Program-made: the position numbers and the translations under genes
Assembly: GCA_964016885.1 (NCBI GenBank)
Contig: OZ024741.1
Span: forward strand, 255,254,001 to 255,318,000
Origin: Eledone cirrhosa
Lineage: Eukaryota
DNA length: 64,000 bases
Reading direction: 5' to 3'
Part shown: in pieces, positions 1 to 11,655 of the stretch
Numbering within the stretch: position 1 is the stretch's first letter
Layout of the letters: each line of letters begins with the position of its first letter
The notes under the pieces: generated by a model
Seen by the model: only the letters and a program-made list of their open reading frames with translations
Database searches by the model: none
Told to the model about the DNA's origin: nothing

Positions 1-3000
1 CAGTGTTGTTGTTGTTGCTGTTTTCTCTGTCAGTGCCAGTGTTGTTGCTGTTACTATTTTCACTGTCACTGCCAGTGTTGTTGTTGTTGCTGTTTTCTGT
101 GTGAGTGCCAGTGTTGTTGTTGTTGCTGTTTTCTTTGTCAGTGCCAGTGTTGTCGTTGTTACTGTTGCTGTTTTCTGTGTCAGTTCCAGTGTTGCTGTTG
201 CTGTTTTCTGTGCCAGTGCCAGTGTTATTGTTGCTGTTGTTGCTGTTTTCTGTGTCAGTGCCAGTGTTGTTGTTGCTATTTTCTGTGTCAGTGCCAGTGT
301 TGTTGTTGCTGTTGTTGCTGTTTTCTGTGCCAGTGTTGTTGTAGTTGTTGCTGTTTTCTGTGTCAGTGCCGGTGTTGTTGTTGTTGCTGTTTTCTCTGTC
401 AGTGCCAGTGTTGTTGTTGTTGCTGTTTTCTCTGTCAGTGCCAGTGTTGTTGTTGTTGCTGTTTTCTGTGTCAGTGCCAGTGTTGTTGTAGTTGTTGCTG
501 TTTTCTGTGTCAGTGCCAGTGTTGTTGTAGTTGTTGCTGTTTTCCAGTGTTGTTGTAGTTGTTGCTGTTTTCTCTGTCAGTGCCAGTGTTGTTGTAGTTG
601 TTGATGTTTTCTGTGTCAATGCCAGTGTTGTTGTTGTTGCTGTTTTCTCTGTCAGTGCCAGTGTTGTAGTTGTTGCTGTTTTCTCTGTCAGTGCCAGTGT
701 TGTTGTAGTTGTTGCTGTTTTCTGTGTCAGTGCCAGTGTTGTTGCTGTTTTCTGTGTCAATGCCAGTGTTGTTGTTGTTGCTGTTTTCTCTGTCAGTGCC
801 AGTGTTGTTGTTGTTGCTGTTTTCTCTGTCAGTGCCAGTGTTTTTGTTGTTGCTGTTTTCTGTGTCAGTGCCAGTGTTGTTCTAGTTGTTGCTGTTTTCT
901 GTGTCAGTGCCAGTGTTGTTGTAGTTGTTGCTGTTTTCTCTGTCAGTGCCAGTGTTGTTGTAGTTGTTGCTGTTTTCTCTGTCAGTGCCAGTGTTGTTGT
1001 TGCTGTTTTCTCTGTCAGTGCCAGTGTTGTTGTTGCTGTTTTCTGTGTCAGTGCCATTGTTATTGCTGTTGTTGCTGTTTTCTCTGTCAGTGCCAGTGTT
1101 GTTGTTGCTGTTGTTGCTGTGGCTCTTTTCTCTGTCAGTGCCAGTGTTGTTGTAGTTGTTGCTGTTTTCTCTGTCAGTGCCATTGTTGTAGTTGTTGCTG
1201 TTTTCTGTGTCAGTGCCAGTGTTGTTGTTGTTGCTGTTTTCTCTGTCAGTGCCAGTGTTGTTGTAGTTGTTGCTGTTTTCTCTGTCAGTGCCAGTGTTGT
1301 TGTAGTTGTTGCTGTTTTCTCTGTCAGTGCCAGTGTTGTTGTAGTTGTTGCTGTTTTCTGTGTCAGTGCCGGTGTTGTTGTTGTTGCTGTTTTCTCTGTC
1401 AGTGCCAGTGTTGTTGTTGTTGCTGTTTTCTCTGTCAGTGCCAGTGTTGTTGTTGTTGCTGTTTTCTGTGTCAGTGCCAGTGTTGTTGTTGTTGCTGTTT
1501 TCTGTGTCAGTGCCAGTGTTGTTGTAGTTGTTGCTGTTTTCTCTGTGAGTGCCAGTGTTGTTGTAGTTGTTGCTGTTTTCTGTGTCAGTTCCAGTGTTGT
1601 TGTAGTTGTTGCTGTTTTCTCTGTCAGTGCCAGTGTTGTTGTAGTTGTTGCTGTTTTCTGTGTCAGTGCCAGTGTTGTTGTTGCTGTTTTCTCCGTCAGT
1701 GCCAGTGTTGTTGTAGTTGTTGCTGTTTTCTCTGTCAGTGCCAGTTTTGTTGTAGTTGTTGCTGTTTTCTGTGTCAGTGCCAGTGTTGTTGTAGTTGTTG
1801 CTGTTTTCTTTGTCAGTGCCAGTGTTGTTGTTGTTGCTGTTTTCTCTGTCAGTGCCAGTGTTGTAGTTGTTGCTGTTTTCTCTGTCAGTGCCAGTGTTGT
1901 TGTTGTTGTTGCTGTTTTCTCTGTCAGTGCCAGTGTTGTTGTTGTTGCTATTTTCACTGTCAGTGCCAGTGTTGTTGTTGTTGCTATTTTCACTGTCAGT
2001 GCCAGTGTTGTTGTTGTTACTGTTGCTGTTTTCTGTGTCAGTGCCAGTGTTGTTGTTGTTACTGTTGCTGTTTTCTGTGCCAGTGCCAGTGTTATTGTTG
2101 CTGTTGTTGCTGTTTTCTCTGTCAGTGCCAGTGTTGTAGTTGTTGCTGTTTTCTCTGTCAGTGCCAGTGTTGTTGTAGTTGTTGCTGTTTTCTGTGTCAG
2201 TGCCAGTGTTGTTGTTGTTGCTGTTTTCTCAGTCAGTGCCAGTGTTGTTGTAGTTGTTGCTGTTTTCTCTGTCAGTGCCAGTGTTGTTGTAGTTGTTGCT
2301 GTTTTCTGTGTCAGTGCCAGTGATGTTGTAGTTGTTGCTGTTTTCTGTGTTAGTGCCAGTGTTGTAGTTGTTGCTGTTTTCTGTGTCAGTGCCAGTGTTG
2401 TTGCTGTTGCTGTTTTCTCTGTCAGTGCCAGTGTTGTTGTAGTTGTTGCTGCTTTCTCTGTCAGTGCCAGTGTTGTTGTAGTTGTTGCTGTTTTCTGTGT
2501 CAGTGCCAGTGTTGTTGTTGTTGCTGTTTTCTCTGTCAGTGCCAGTGTTGTTGTAGTTGTTGCTGTTTTCTGTGTCAGTGCCACTGTTGTTGTTGCTGTT
2601 TTCTCTGTCAGTGCCAGTGTTGTTGTAGTTTTTGCTGTTTTCTGTGTCAGTGCCAGTGTTGTTGTTGCTGTTTTCTGTGTCAGTGCCAGTGTTGTTGTTG
2701 TTGCTGTTTTCTCTGTCAGTGCCAGTGTTGTTGCTGTTACTATTTTCACTGTCACTGCCAGTGTTGTTGTTGTTGCTGTTTTCTGTGTGAGTGCCAGTGT
2801 TGTTGTTGTTGCTGTTTTCTTTGTCAGTGCCAGTGTTGTCGTTGTTACTGTTGCTGTTTTCTGTGTCAGTTCCAGTGTTGCTGTTGCTGTTTTCTGTGCC
2901 AGTGCCAGTGTTATTGTTGCTGTTGTTGCTGTTTTCTGTGTCAGTGCCAGTGTTGTTGTTGCTATTTTCTGTGTCAGTGCCAGTGTTGTTGTTGCTGTTG

Positions 3001-4050
3001 TTGCTGTTTTCTGTGCCAGTGTTGTTGTAGTTGTTGCTGTTTTCTGTGTCAGTGCCGGTGTTGTTGTTGTTGCTGTTTTCTCTGTCAGTGCCAGTGTTGT
3101 TGTTGTTGCTGTTTTCTCTGTCAGTGCCAGTGTTGTTGTTGTTGCTGTTTTCTCTGTCAGTGCCAGTGTTGTTGTTGTTGCTGTTTTCTGTGTCAGTGCC
3201 AGTGTTGTTGTTGTTGCTGTTTTCTGTGTCAGTGCCAGTGTTGTTGTAGTTGTTGCTGTTTTCTCTGTGAGTGCCAGTGTTGTTGTAGTTGTTGCTGTTT
3301 TCTGTGTCAGTTCCAGTGTTGTTGTAGTTGTTGCTGTTTTCTCTGTCAGTGCCAGTGTTGTTGTAGTTGTTGCTGTTTTCTGTGTCAGTGCCAGTGTTGT
3401 TGTTGCTGTTTTCTCCGTCAGTGCCAGTGTTGTTGTAGTTGTTGCTGTTTTCTCTGTCAGTGCCAGTTTTGTTGTAGTTGTTGCTGTTTTCTGTGTCAGT
3501 GCCAGTGTTGTTGTAGTTGTTGCTGTTTTCTTTGTCAGTGCCAGTGTTGTTGTTGTTGCTGTTTTCTCTGTCAGTGCCAGTGTTGTAGTTGTTGCTGTTT
3601 TCTCTGTCAGTGCCAGTGTTGTTGTTGTTGTTGCTGTTTTCTCTGTCAGTGCCAGTGTTGTTGTTGTTGCTATTTTCACTGTCAGTGCCAGTGTTGTTGT
3701 TGTTGCTATTTTCACTGTCAGTGCCAGTGTTGTTGTTGTTACTGTTGCTGTTTTCTGTGTCAGTGCCAGTGTTGTTGTTGTTACTGTTGCTGTTTTCTGT
3801 GCCAGTGCCAGTGTTATTGTTGCTGTTGTTGCTGTTTTCTCTGTCAGTGCCAGTGTTGTAGTTGTTGCTGTTTTCTCTGTCAGTGCCAGTGTTGTTGTAG
3901 TTGTTGCTGTTTTCTGTGTCAGTGCCAGTGTTGTTGTTGTTGCTGTTTTCTCAGTCAGTGCCAGTGTTGTTGTAGTTGTTGCTGTTTTCTCTGTCAGTGC
4001 CAGTGTTGTTGTAGTTGTTGCTGTTTTCTGTGTCAGTGCCAGTGTTGTTG
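1..4050 (+). repeat. Two interleaved local duplications: ~1-460 to ~2687-3150 (+2686) and ~1380-2310 to ~3100-4030 (+1722)
   Basis: GTTACTATTTTCACTGTCACT at ~50/~2736 and ORF twins 105/2791. CTCCGTC at ~1691/~3413 and ORF twins 1867/3589. Confidence 0.8.
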
Positions 4051-7000
4051 TAGTTGTTGCTGTTTTCTCTGTCACTGCCAGTGTTGTTGTTGTTGTTGCT
4101 GTTTTCTCTGTCAGTGCCAGTGTTGTAGTTGTTGCTGTTTTCTCTGTCAGTGCCAGTGTTGTTGTAGTTGTTGCTGTTTTCTGTGTCAGTGCCAGTGTTG
4201 TTGCTGTTGCTGTTTTCTCTGTCAGTGCCAGTGTTGTTGTTGTTACTGTTGCTGTTTTCTGTGCCAGTGCCAGTGTTATTGTTGCTGTTGTTGCTGTTTT
4301 GTCTGTCAGTGCCAGTGTTGTAGTTGTTGCTGTTTTCTCTGTCAGTGCCAGTGTTGTTGTAGTTGTTGCTGTTTTCTGTGTCAGTGCCAGTGTTGTTGTT
4401 GTTGCTGTTTTCTCAGTCAGTGCCAGTGTTGTTGTAGTTGTTGCTGTTTTCTCTGTCAGTGCCAGTGTTGTTGTAGTTGTTGCTGTTTTCTGTGTCAGTG
4501 CCAGTGTTGTTGTAGTTGTTGCTGTTTTCTCTGTGAGTGCCAGTGTTGTTGTTGTTGTTGCTGTTTTCTCTGTCAGTGCCAGTGTTGTAGTTGTTGCTGT
4601 TTTCTCTGTCAGTGCCAGTGTTGTTGTAGTTGTTGCTGTTTTCTGTGTCAGTGCCAGTGTTGTTGCTGTTGCTGTTTTCTCTGTCAGTGCCAGTGTTGTT
4701 GTAGTTGTTGCTGCTTTCTCTGTCAGTGCCAGTGTTGTTGTAGTTGTTGCTGTTTTCTGTGTCAGTGCCAGTGTTGTTGTTGTTGCTGTTTTCTCTGTCA
4801 ATGCCAGTGTTGTTGTAGTTGTTGCTGTTTTTTGTGTCAGTGCCACTGTTGTTGTTGCTGTTTTCTGTGTCAGTGCCAGTGTTGTTGTTGTTGCTGTTTT
4901 CTCTGTCAGTGCCAGTGTTGTTGTTGCTGTTTTCTCTGTCAGTGCCAGTGTTGTTGTTGATGCTGTTTTCTGTGTCAGTGCCATTGTTATTGCTGTTGTT
5001 GCTGTTTTCTGTGTCAGTGCCAGTGTTGTTGTTGCTGTTGTTTCTGTTTTCTGTGTCAGTGCCAGTGTTGTTGCTGTTGCTGTTTTCTCTGTCAGTGCCA
5101 GTGTTGTTGTAGTTGTTGCTGTTTTCTCTGTCAGTGCCAGTGTTGTAGTTGTTGCTGTTTTCTGTGTCAGTGCCAGTGTTGTTGTTGTTGCTATTTTCAC
5201 TGTCAGTGCCAGTGTTGTTGTTGTTGCTGTTTTCTGTGTCAGTGCCAGTGTTGTTGTTGTTGCTGTTTTCTTTGTCAGTGCCAGTGTTGTTGTTGTTACT
5301 GTTGCTGTTTTCTGTGTCAGTGCCAGTGTTGCTGTTGCTGTTTTCTGTGCCAGTGCCAGTGTTATTGTTGCTGTTGTTGCTGTTTTCTGTGTCAGTGCCA
5401 CGGTTGTTGTTGCTGTAGTTGCTGTTTTCTGTGTCAGTGCCAGTGTTGTTGTTGCTGTTTTCTGTGTCAGTGCCAGTGTTGTTGTTGCTGTTGTTGCTGT
5501 TTTCCGTGCCAGTGTTGTTGTAGTTGTTGCTGTTTTCTGTGTCAGTGCTGGTGTTGTTGTTGTTGCTGTTTTCTCTGTCAGTGCCAGTGTTGTTGTTGTT
5601 GCTCTTTTCTGTGTCAGTGCCAGTGTTGTTGTAGTTGTTGCTGTTTTCTGTGTCAGTGCCAGTGTTGTAGTTGTTGCTGTTTTCTGTGTCAGTGCCAGTG
5701 TTGTTGTAGTTGTTGCTGTTTTCTCTGTCAGTGCCAGTGTTGTTGTAGTTGTTGCTGTTTTCTCTGTCAGTGCCAGTATTGTTGTAGTTGTTGCTGTTTT
5801 CTCTGTCAGTGCCAGTGTTGTTGTAGTTGTTGCTGTTTTCTGTGTCAGTGCCAGTGTTGTTGTTGTTGCTGTTTTCTGTGTCAGTGCCAGTGTTGTTGTT
5901 GTTGCTATTTTCACTGTCAGTGCCAGTGTTGTTGCTGTTGCTGTTTTCTCTGTCAGTGCCAGTGATGTTGTAGTTGTTGCTGTTTTCTGTGTTAGTGCCA
6001 GTGTTGTTGTAGTTGTTGCTGTTTTCTGTGTCAGTGCCAGTGTTGTTGCTGTTGCTGTTTTCTCTGTCAGTGCCAGTGTTGTTGTAGTTGTTGCTGCTTT
6101 CTCTGTCAGTGCCAGTGTTGTTGTAGTTGTTGCTGTTTTCTGTGTCAGTGCCAGTGTTGTTGTTGTTGCTGTTTTCTCTGTCAGTGCCAGTGTTGTTGTA
6201 GTTGTTGCTGTTTTCTGTGTCAGTGCCACTGTTGTTGTTGATGTTTTCTCTGTCAGTGCCAGTGTTGTTGTAGTTTTTGCTGTTTTCTGTGTCAGTGCCA
6301 GTGTTGTTGTTGCTGTTTTCTGTGTCAGTGCCAGTGTTGTTGTTGTTGCTGTTTTCTCTGTCAGTGCCAGTGTTGTTGCTGTTGCTATTTTCACTGTCAG
6401 TGCCAGTGTTGTTGTTGTTGCTGTTTTCTGTGTCAGTGCCAGTGTTGTTGTAGTTGTTGCTGTTTTCTCTGTCAGTGCCAGTGTTGTTGTAGTGGTTACT
6501 GTTTTCTCTGTCAGTGCCAGTGTTGTTGTAGTTGTTGCTGTTTTCTGTGTCAGTGCCAGTGTTGTTGTTGTTGCTGTTTTCTCTGTCAGTGCCAGTGTTG
6601 TTGTAGTTATTGCTGTTTTCTGTGTCAGTGCCACTGTTGTTGTTGCTGTTTTCTGTGTCAGTGCCAGTGTTGTTGTTGTTGCTGTTTTCTCTGTCAGTGC
6701 CAGTGTTGTTGTTGCTGTTTTCTCTGTCAGTGCCAGTGTTGTTGTAATTGTTGCTGTTTTCTGTGTCAGTGCCACTGTTGTTGCTGTTGTTGCTGTTTTC
6801 TGTGTCAGTGCCAGTGTTGTTGCTGTTGTTGCTGTTTCCTGTGTCAGTGCCAGTGTTGTTGTTGTTGCTGTTTTCTGTGTCAGTGCCAGTGTTGTTGTTG
6901 CTATTTTCACTGTCAGTGCCAGTGTTGTTGTAGTTGTTGCTGTTTTCTGTGTCAGTACCAGTGTTGTTGTTGTTGCTGTTTTCTCTGTCAGTGCCAGTGT

Positions 7001-8440
7001 TGTTGTAGCTGTTGCTGTTTTCTGTGTCAGTGCCAGTGTTGTTGTAGTTGTTGCTGTTTTCTGTGTCAGTGCCAGTGTTGTTGTTGTTGCTGTTTTCTCT
7101 GTCAGTGCCAGTGTTGTTGTAGTTGTTGCTGTTTTCTCTGTCAGTGCCAGTGTTGTTGTAGTTGTTGCTGTTTTTTGTGTCAGTGCCAGTGTTGTTGTAG
7201 TTGTTGCTGTTTTCTCTGTCAGTGCCAGTGTTGTTGTTGTTGTTGCTGTTTTCTCTGTCAGTGCCAGTGTTGTAGTTGTTGCTGTTTTCTCTGTCAGTGC
7301 CAGTGTTGTTGTAGTTGTTGCTGTTTTCTGTGTCAGTGCCAGTGTTGTTGTTGTTGCTGTTTTCTGTGTCAGTGCCAGTGTTGTTGTTGCTATTTTCACT
7401 GTCAGTGCCAGTGTTGTTGCTGTTGCTGTTTTCTCTGTCAGTGCCAGTGTTGTTGTAGTTGTTGCTGTTTTCTCTGTCAGTGCCAGTGTTGTTGTAGTTG
7501 TTGCTGTTTTTTGTGTCAGTGCCAGTGTTGTTGTAGTTGTTGCTGTTTTCTCTGTCAGTGCCAGTGTTGTTGTAGTTGTTGCTGTTTTCTGTGTCAGTGC
7601 CAGTGTTGTTGTTGTTGCTGTTTTCTCTGTCAGTGCCAGTGATGTTGTAGTTGTTGCTGTTTTCTGTGTTAGTGCCACTGTTGTTGTAGTTGTTGCTGTT
7701 TTCTGTGTCAGTACCAGTGTTGTTGCTGTTGCTGTTTTCTCTGTCAGTGCCAGTGTTGTTGTAGTTGTTGCTGCTTTCTCTGACAGTGCCAGTGTTGTAG
7801 TTGTTTCTGTTTTCTGTGTCAGTGCCAGTGTTGTTGTTGTTGCTGTTTTCTCTGTCAGTGCCAGTGTTGTTGTAGTTGTTGCTGTTTTCTGTGTCAGTGT
7901 CACTGTTGTTGTTGCTGTTTTCTGTGTCTGTGCCAGTGTTGTTGTTGCTGTTTTCTCTGTCAGTGCCAGTGTTGTTGTTGCTGTTTTCTGTGTCAGTGCC
8001 AGTGTTGTTGTAGTTGTTGCTGTTTTCTGTGTCAGTGCCAGTGTTGTTGTAGTTGTTGCTGTTTTCTCTGTCAGTGCCAGTGTTGTTGTAGTTGTTGCTG
8101 TTTTCTCTGTCAGTGCCAGTGTTGTTGTAGTTGTTGCTGTTTTCTGTGTCAGTGCCAGTGTTTTTGTTGTTGCTGTTTTCTCTGTCAGTGCCAGTGTTGT
8201 TGTAGTTGTTGCTGTTTTCTCTGTCAGTGCCAGTGTTGTTGTAATTGTTGCTGTTTTCTGTGTCAGTGCCAGTGTTGTTGCTGTTGTTGCTGTTTTCTGT
8301 GTCAGTGCCAGTGTTGTTGTTGTTGCTGTTTTCTGTGTCAGTGCCAGTGTTGTTGTTGCTATTTTCACTGTCAGTGCCAGTGTTGTTGTAGCTGTTGCTG
8401 TTTTCTGTGTCAGTGCCAGTGTTGTTGTAGTTGTTGCTGT
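546..8440 (-). other. Stop-free Thr-rich repeat frame of ~2,630 codons, not listed in the ORF track
   Basis: It continues the LALT[E/Q]KTATTTTT frame left of the TAA at 8441. At the 11-bp deletion (~545) it shifts into the Asn-rich frame and runs off the window without a stop. Confidence 0.2.
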
Positions 8441-9560
8441 TTAATGTGTCAGTGCCAGTGTTGTTGTAGTTGTTGCTGTTTTCTCTGTCAGTGCCAGTGT
8501 TGTTGTAGTTGTTGCTGTTTTCTCTGTCAGTGCCAGTGTTGTTGTAGTTGTTGCTGTTTTCTGTGTCAGTGCCAGTGTTGTTGTTGTTGCTGTTTTCTCT
8601 GTCAGTGCCAGTGATGTTGTAGTTGTTGCTGTTTTCTGTGTTAGTGCCACTGTTGTTGTAGTTGTTGCTGTTTTCTGTGTCAGTACCAGTGTTGTTGCTG
8701 TTGCTGTTTTCTCTGTCAGTGCCAGTGTTGTTGTAGTTGTTGCTGCTTTCTCTGACAGTGCCAGTGTTGTAGTTGTTTCTGTTTTCTGTGTCAGTGCCAG
8801 TGTTGTTGTTGTTGCTGTTTTCTCTGTCAGTGCCAGTGTTGTTGTAGTTGTTGCTGTTTTCTGTGTCAGTGCCACTGTTGTTGTTGCTGTTTTCTGTGTC
8901 TGTGCCAGTGTTGTTGTTGCTGTTTTCTCTGTCAGTGCCAGTGTTGTTGTTGCTGTTTTCTGTGTCAGTGCCAGTGTTGTTGTAGTTGTTGCTGTTTTCT
9001 GTGTCAGTGCCAGTGTTGTTGTAGTTGTTGCTGTTTTCTCTGTCAGTGCCAGTGTTGTTGTAGTTGTTGCTGTTTTCTCTGTCAGTGCCAGTGTTGTTGT
9101 AGTTGTTGCTGTTTTCTGTGTCAGTGCCAGTGTTTTTGTTGTTGCTGTTTTCTCTGTCAGTGCCAGTGTTGTTGTAGTTGTTGCTGTTTTCTCTGTCAGT
9201 GCCAGTGTTGTTGTAATTGTTGCTGTTTTCTGTGTCAGTGCCAGTGTTGTTGCTGTTGTTGCTGTTTTCTGTGTCAGTGCCAGTGTTGTTGTTGTTGCTG
9301 TTTTCTGTGTCAGTGCCAGTGTTGTTGTTGCTATTTTCACTGTCAGTGCCAGTGTTGTTGTAGCTGTTGCTGTTTACTGTGTCAGTGCCAGTGTTGTTGT
9401 AGTTGTTGCTGTTTAATGTGTCAGTGCCAGTGTTGTTGTAGTTGTTGCTGTTTTCTCTGTCAGTGCCAGTGTTGTTGTAGTTGTTGCTGTTTTCTCTGTC
9501 AGTGCCAGTGTTGTTGTAGTTGTTGCTGTTTTCTGTGTCAGTGCCAGTGTTGTTGTTGTT
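7540..9560 (+). repeat. Tandem duplication, 972-bp period
   Basis: GTTTAATGTG at 8441 and 9413. The CTGACAGTG, AGTACCAGT, GTCTGTGCC and GTAATT markers are each repeated +972. Confidence 0.85.
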
Positions 9561-11655
9561 GCTGTTTTCTCTGTCAGTGCCAGTGTTGTTGTAGTTGTTG
9601 CTGTTTTCTCTGTCAGTGCCAGTGTTGTTGTAGTTGTTGCTGTTTTTTGTGTCAGTGCCAGTGTTGTTGTAGTTGTTGCTGTTTTCTCTGTCAGTGCCAG
9701 TGTTGTTGTTGTTGTTGCTGTTTTCTCTGTCAGTGCCAGTGTTGTAGTTGTTGCTGTTTTCTCTGTCAGTGCCAGTGTTGTTGTAGTTGTTGCTGTTTTC
9801 TGTGTCAGTGCCAGTGTTGTTGTTGTTGCTGTTTTCTGTGTCAGTGCCAGTGTTGTTGTTGTTGCTATTTTCACTGTCAGTGCCAGTGTTGTTGCTGTTG
9901 CTGTTTTCTCTGTCAGTGCCAGTGGTGTTGTAGTTGTTGCTGTTTTCTGTGTTAGTGCCAGTGTTGTTGTAGTTGTTGCTGTTATCTGTGTCAGTCCAGT
10001 GTTGTTGTTGTTGCTGTTTTCTCTGTCAGTGCCAGTGTTGTTGTAGTTGTTGCTGTTTTCTGTGTCAGTGCCACTGTTGTTGTTGCTGTTTTCTCTGTCA
10101 GTGCCAGTGTTGTTGTAGTTTTTGCTGTTTTCTGTGTCAGTGCCAGTGTTGTTGTTGCTGTTGTTGCTGTTTTCCGTGCCAATGTTGTTGTAGTTGTTGC
10201 TGTTTTCTGTGTCAGTGCCGGTGTTGTTGTTGTTGCTGTTTTCTCTGTCAGTGCCAGTGTTGTTGTTGTTGCTTTTTTCTCTGTCAGTGCCAGTGTTGTT
10301 GTTGTTGTTTTCTCTGTCAGTGCCAGTGTTGTTGTAGTTGTTGCTGTTTTCTCTGTCAGTGCCAGTGTTGTTGTAGTTGTTGCTGTTTTCTGTGTCAATG
10401 CCAGTGTTGTTGTTGTTGCTGTTTTCTCTGTCAGTGCCAGTGTTGTAGTTGTTGCTGTTTTCTCTGTCAGTGCCAGTGTTGTTGTAGTTGTTGCTGTTTT
10501 CTGTGTCAGTGCCAGTGTTGTTGCTGTTGTTGCAGTTTTCTGTGTCAGTGCCAGTGTTGTTGTTGTTGCTGTTTTCTCTGTCAGTGCCAGTGTTTTTGTT
10601 GTTGCTGTTTTCTGTGTCAGTGCCAGTGTTGTTCTAGTTGTTGCTGTTTTCTGTGTCAGTGCCAGTGTTGTTGTAGTTGTTGCTGTTTTCTCTGTCAGTG
10701 CCAGTGTTGTTGTAGTTGTTGCTGTTTTCTCTGTCAGTGCCAGTGTTGTTGTAGTTGTTGCTGTTTTCTGTGTCAGTGCCAGTGTTGTTGTTGTTGCTGT
10801 TTTCTCTGTCAGTGCCAGTGTTGTTGTAGTTATTGCTGTTTTCTGTGTCAGTGCCACTGTTGTTGTTGCTGTTTTCTGTGTTAGTGCCAGTGTTGTTGTT
10901 GTTGCTGTTTTCTCTGTCAGTGCCAGTGTTGTTGTTGCTGTTTTCTCTGTCAGTGCCAGTGTTGTTGTTGCTGTTTTCTGTGTCAGTGCCATTGTTATTG
11001 CTGTTGTTGCTGTTTTCTCTGTCAGTGCCAGTGTTGTTGTTGCTGTTGTTGCTGTTGCTGTTTTCTCTGTCAGTGCCAGTGTTGTTGTAGTTGTTGCTGT
11101 TTTCTCTGTCAGTGCCAGTGTTGTAGTTGTTGCTGTTTTCTGTGTCAGTGCCAGTGTTGTTGTTGTTGCTGTTTTCTCTGTCAGTGCCAGTGTTGTTGTA
11201 GTTGTTGCTGTTTTCTGTGTCAGTGCCACTGTTGTTGTTGCTGTTTTCTGTGTCTGTGCCAGTGTTGTTGTTGCTGTTTTCTCTGTCAGTGCCAGTGTTG
11301 TTGTTGCTGTTTTCTCTGTCAGTGCCAGTGTTGTTGTAGTTGTTGCTGTTTTCTGTGTCAGTGCCAGTGTTGTTGTAGTTGTTGCTGTTTTCTCTGTCAG
11401 TGCCAGTGTTGTTGTAGTTGTTGCTGTTTTCTCTGTCAGTGCCAGTGTTGTTGTAGTTGTTGCTGTTTTCTGTGTCAGTGCCAGTGTTTTTGTTGTTGCT
11501 GTTTTCTCTGTCAGTGCCAGTGTTGTTGTAGTTGTTGCTGTTTTCTCTGTCAGTGCCAGTGTTGTTGTAATTGTTGCTGTTTTCTGTGTCAGTGCCAGTG
11601 TTGTTGCTGTTGTTGCTGTTTTCTGTGTCAGTGCCAGTGTTGTAGTTGTTGCTGT

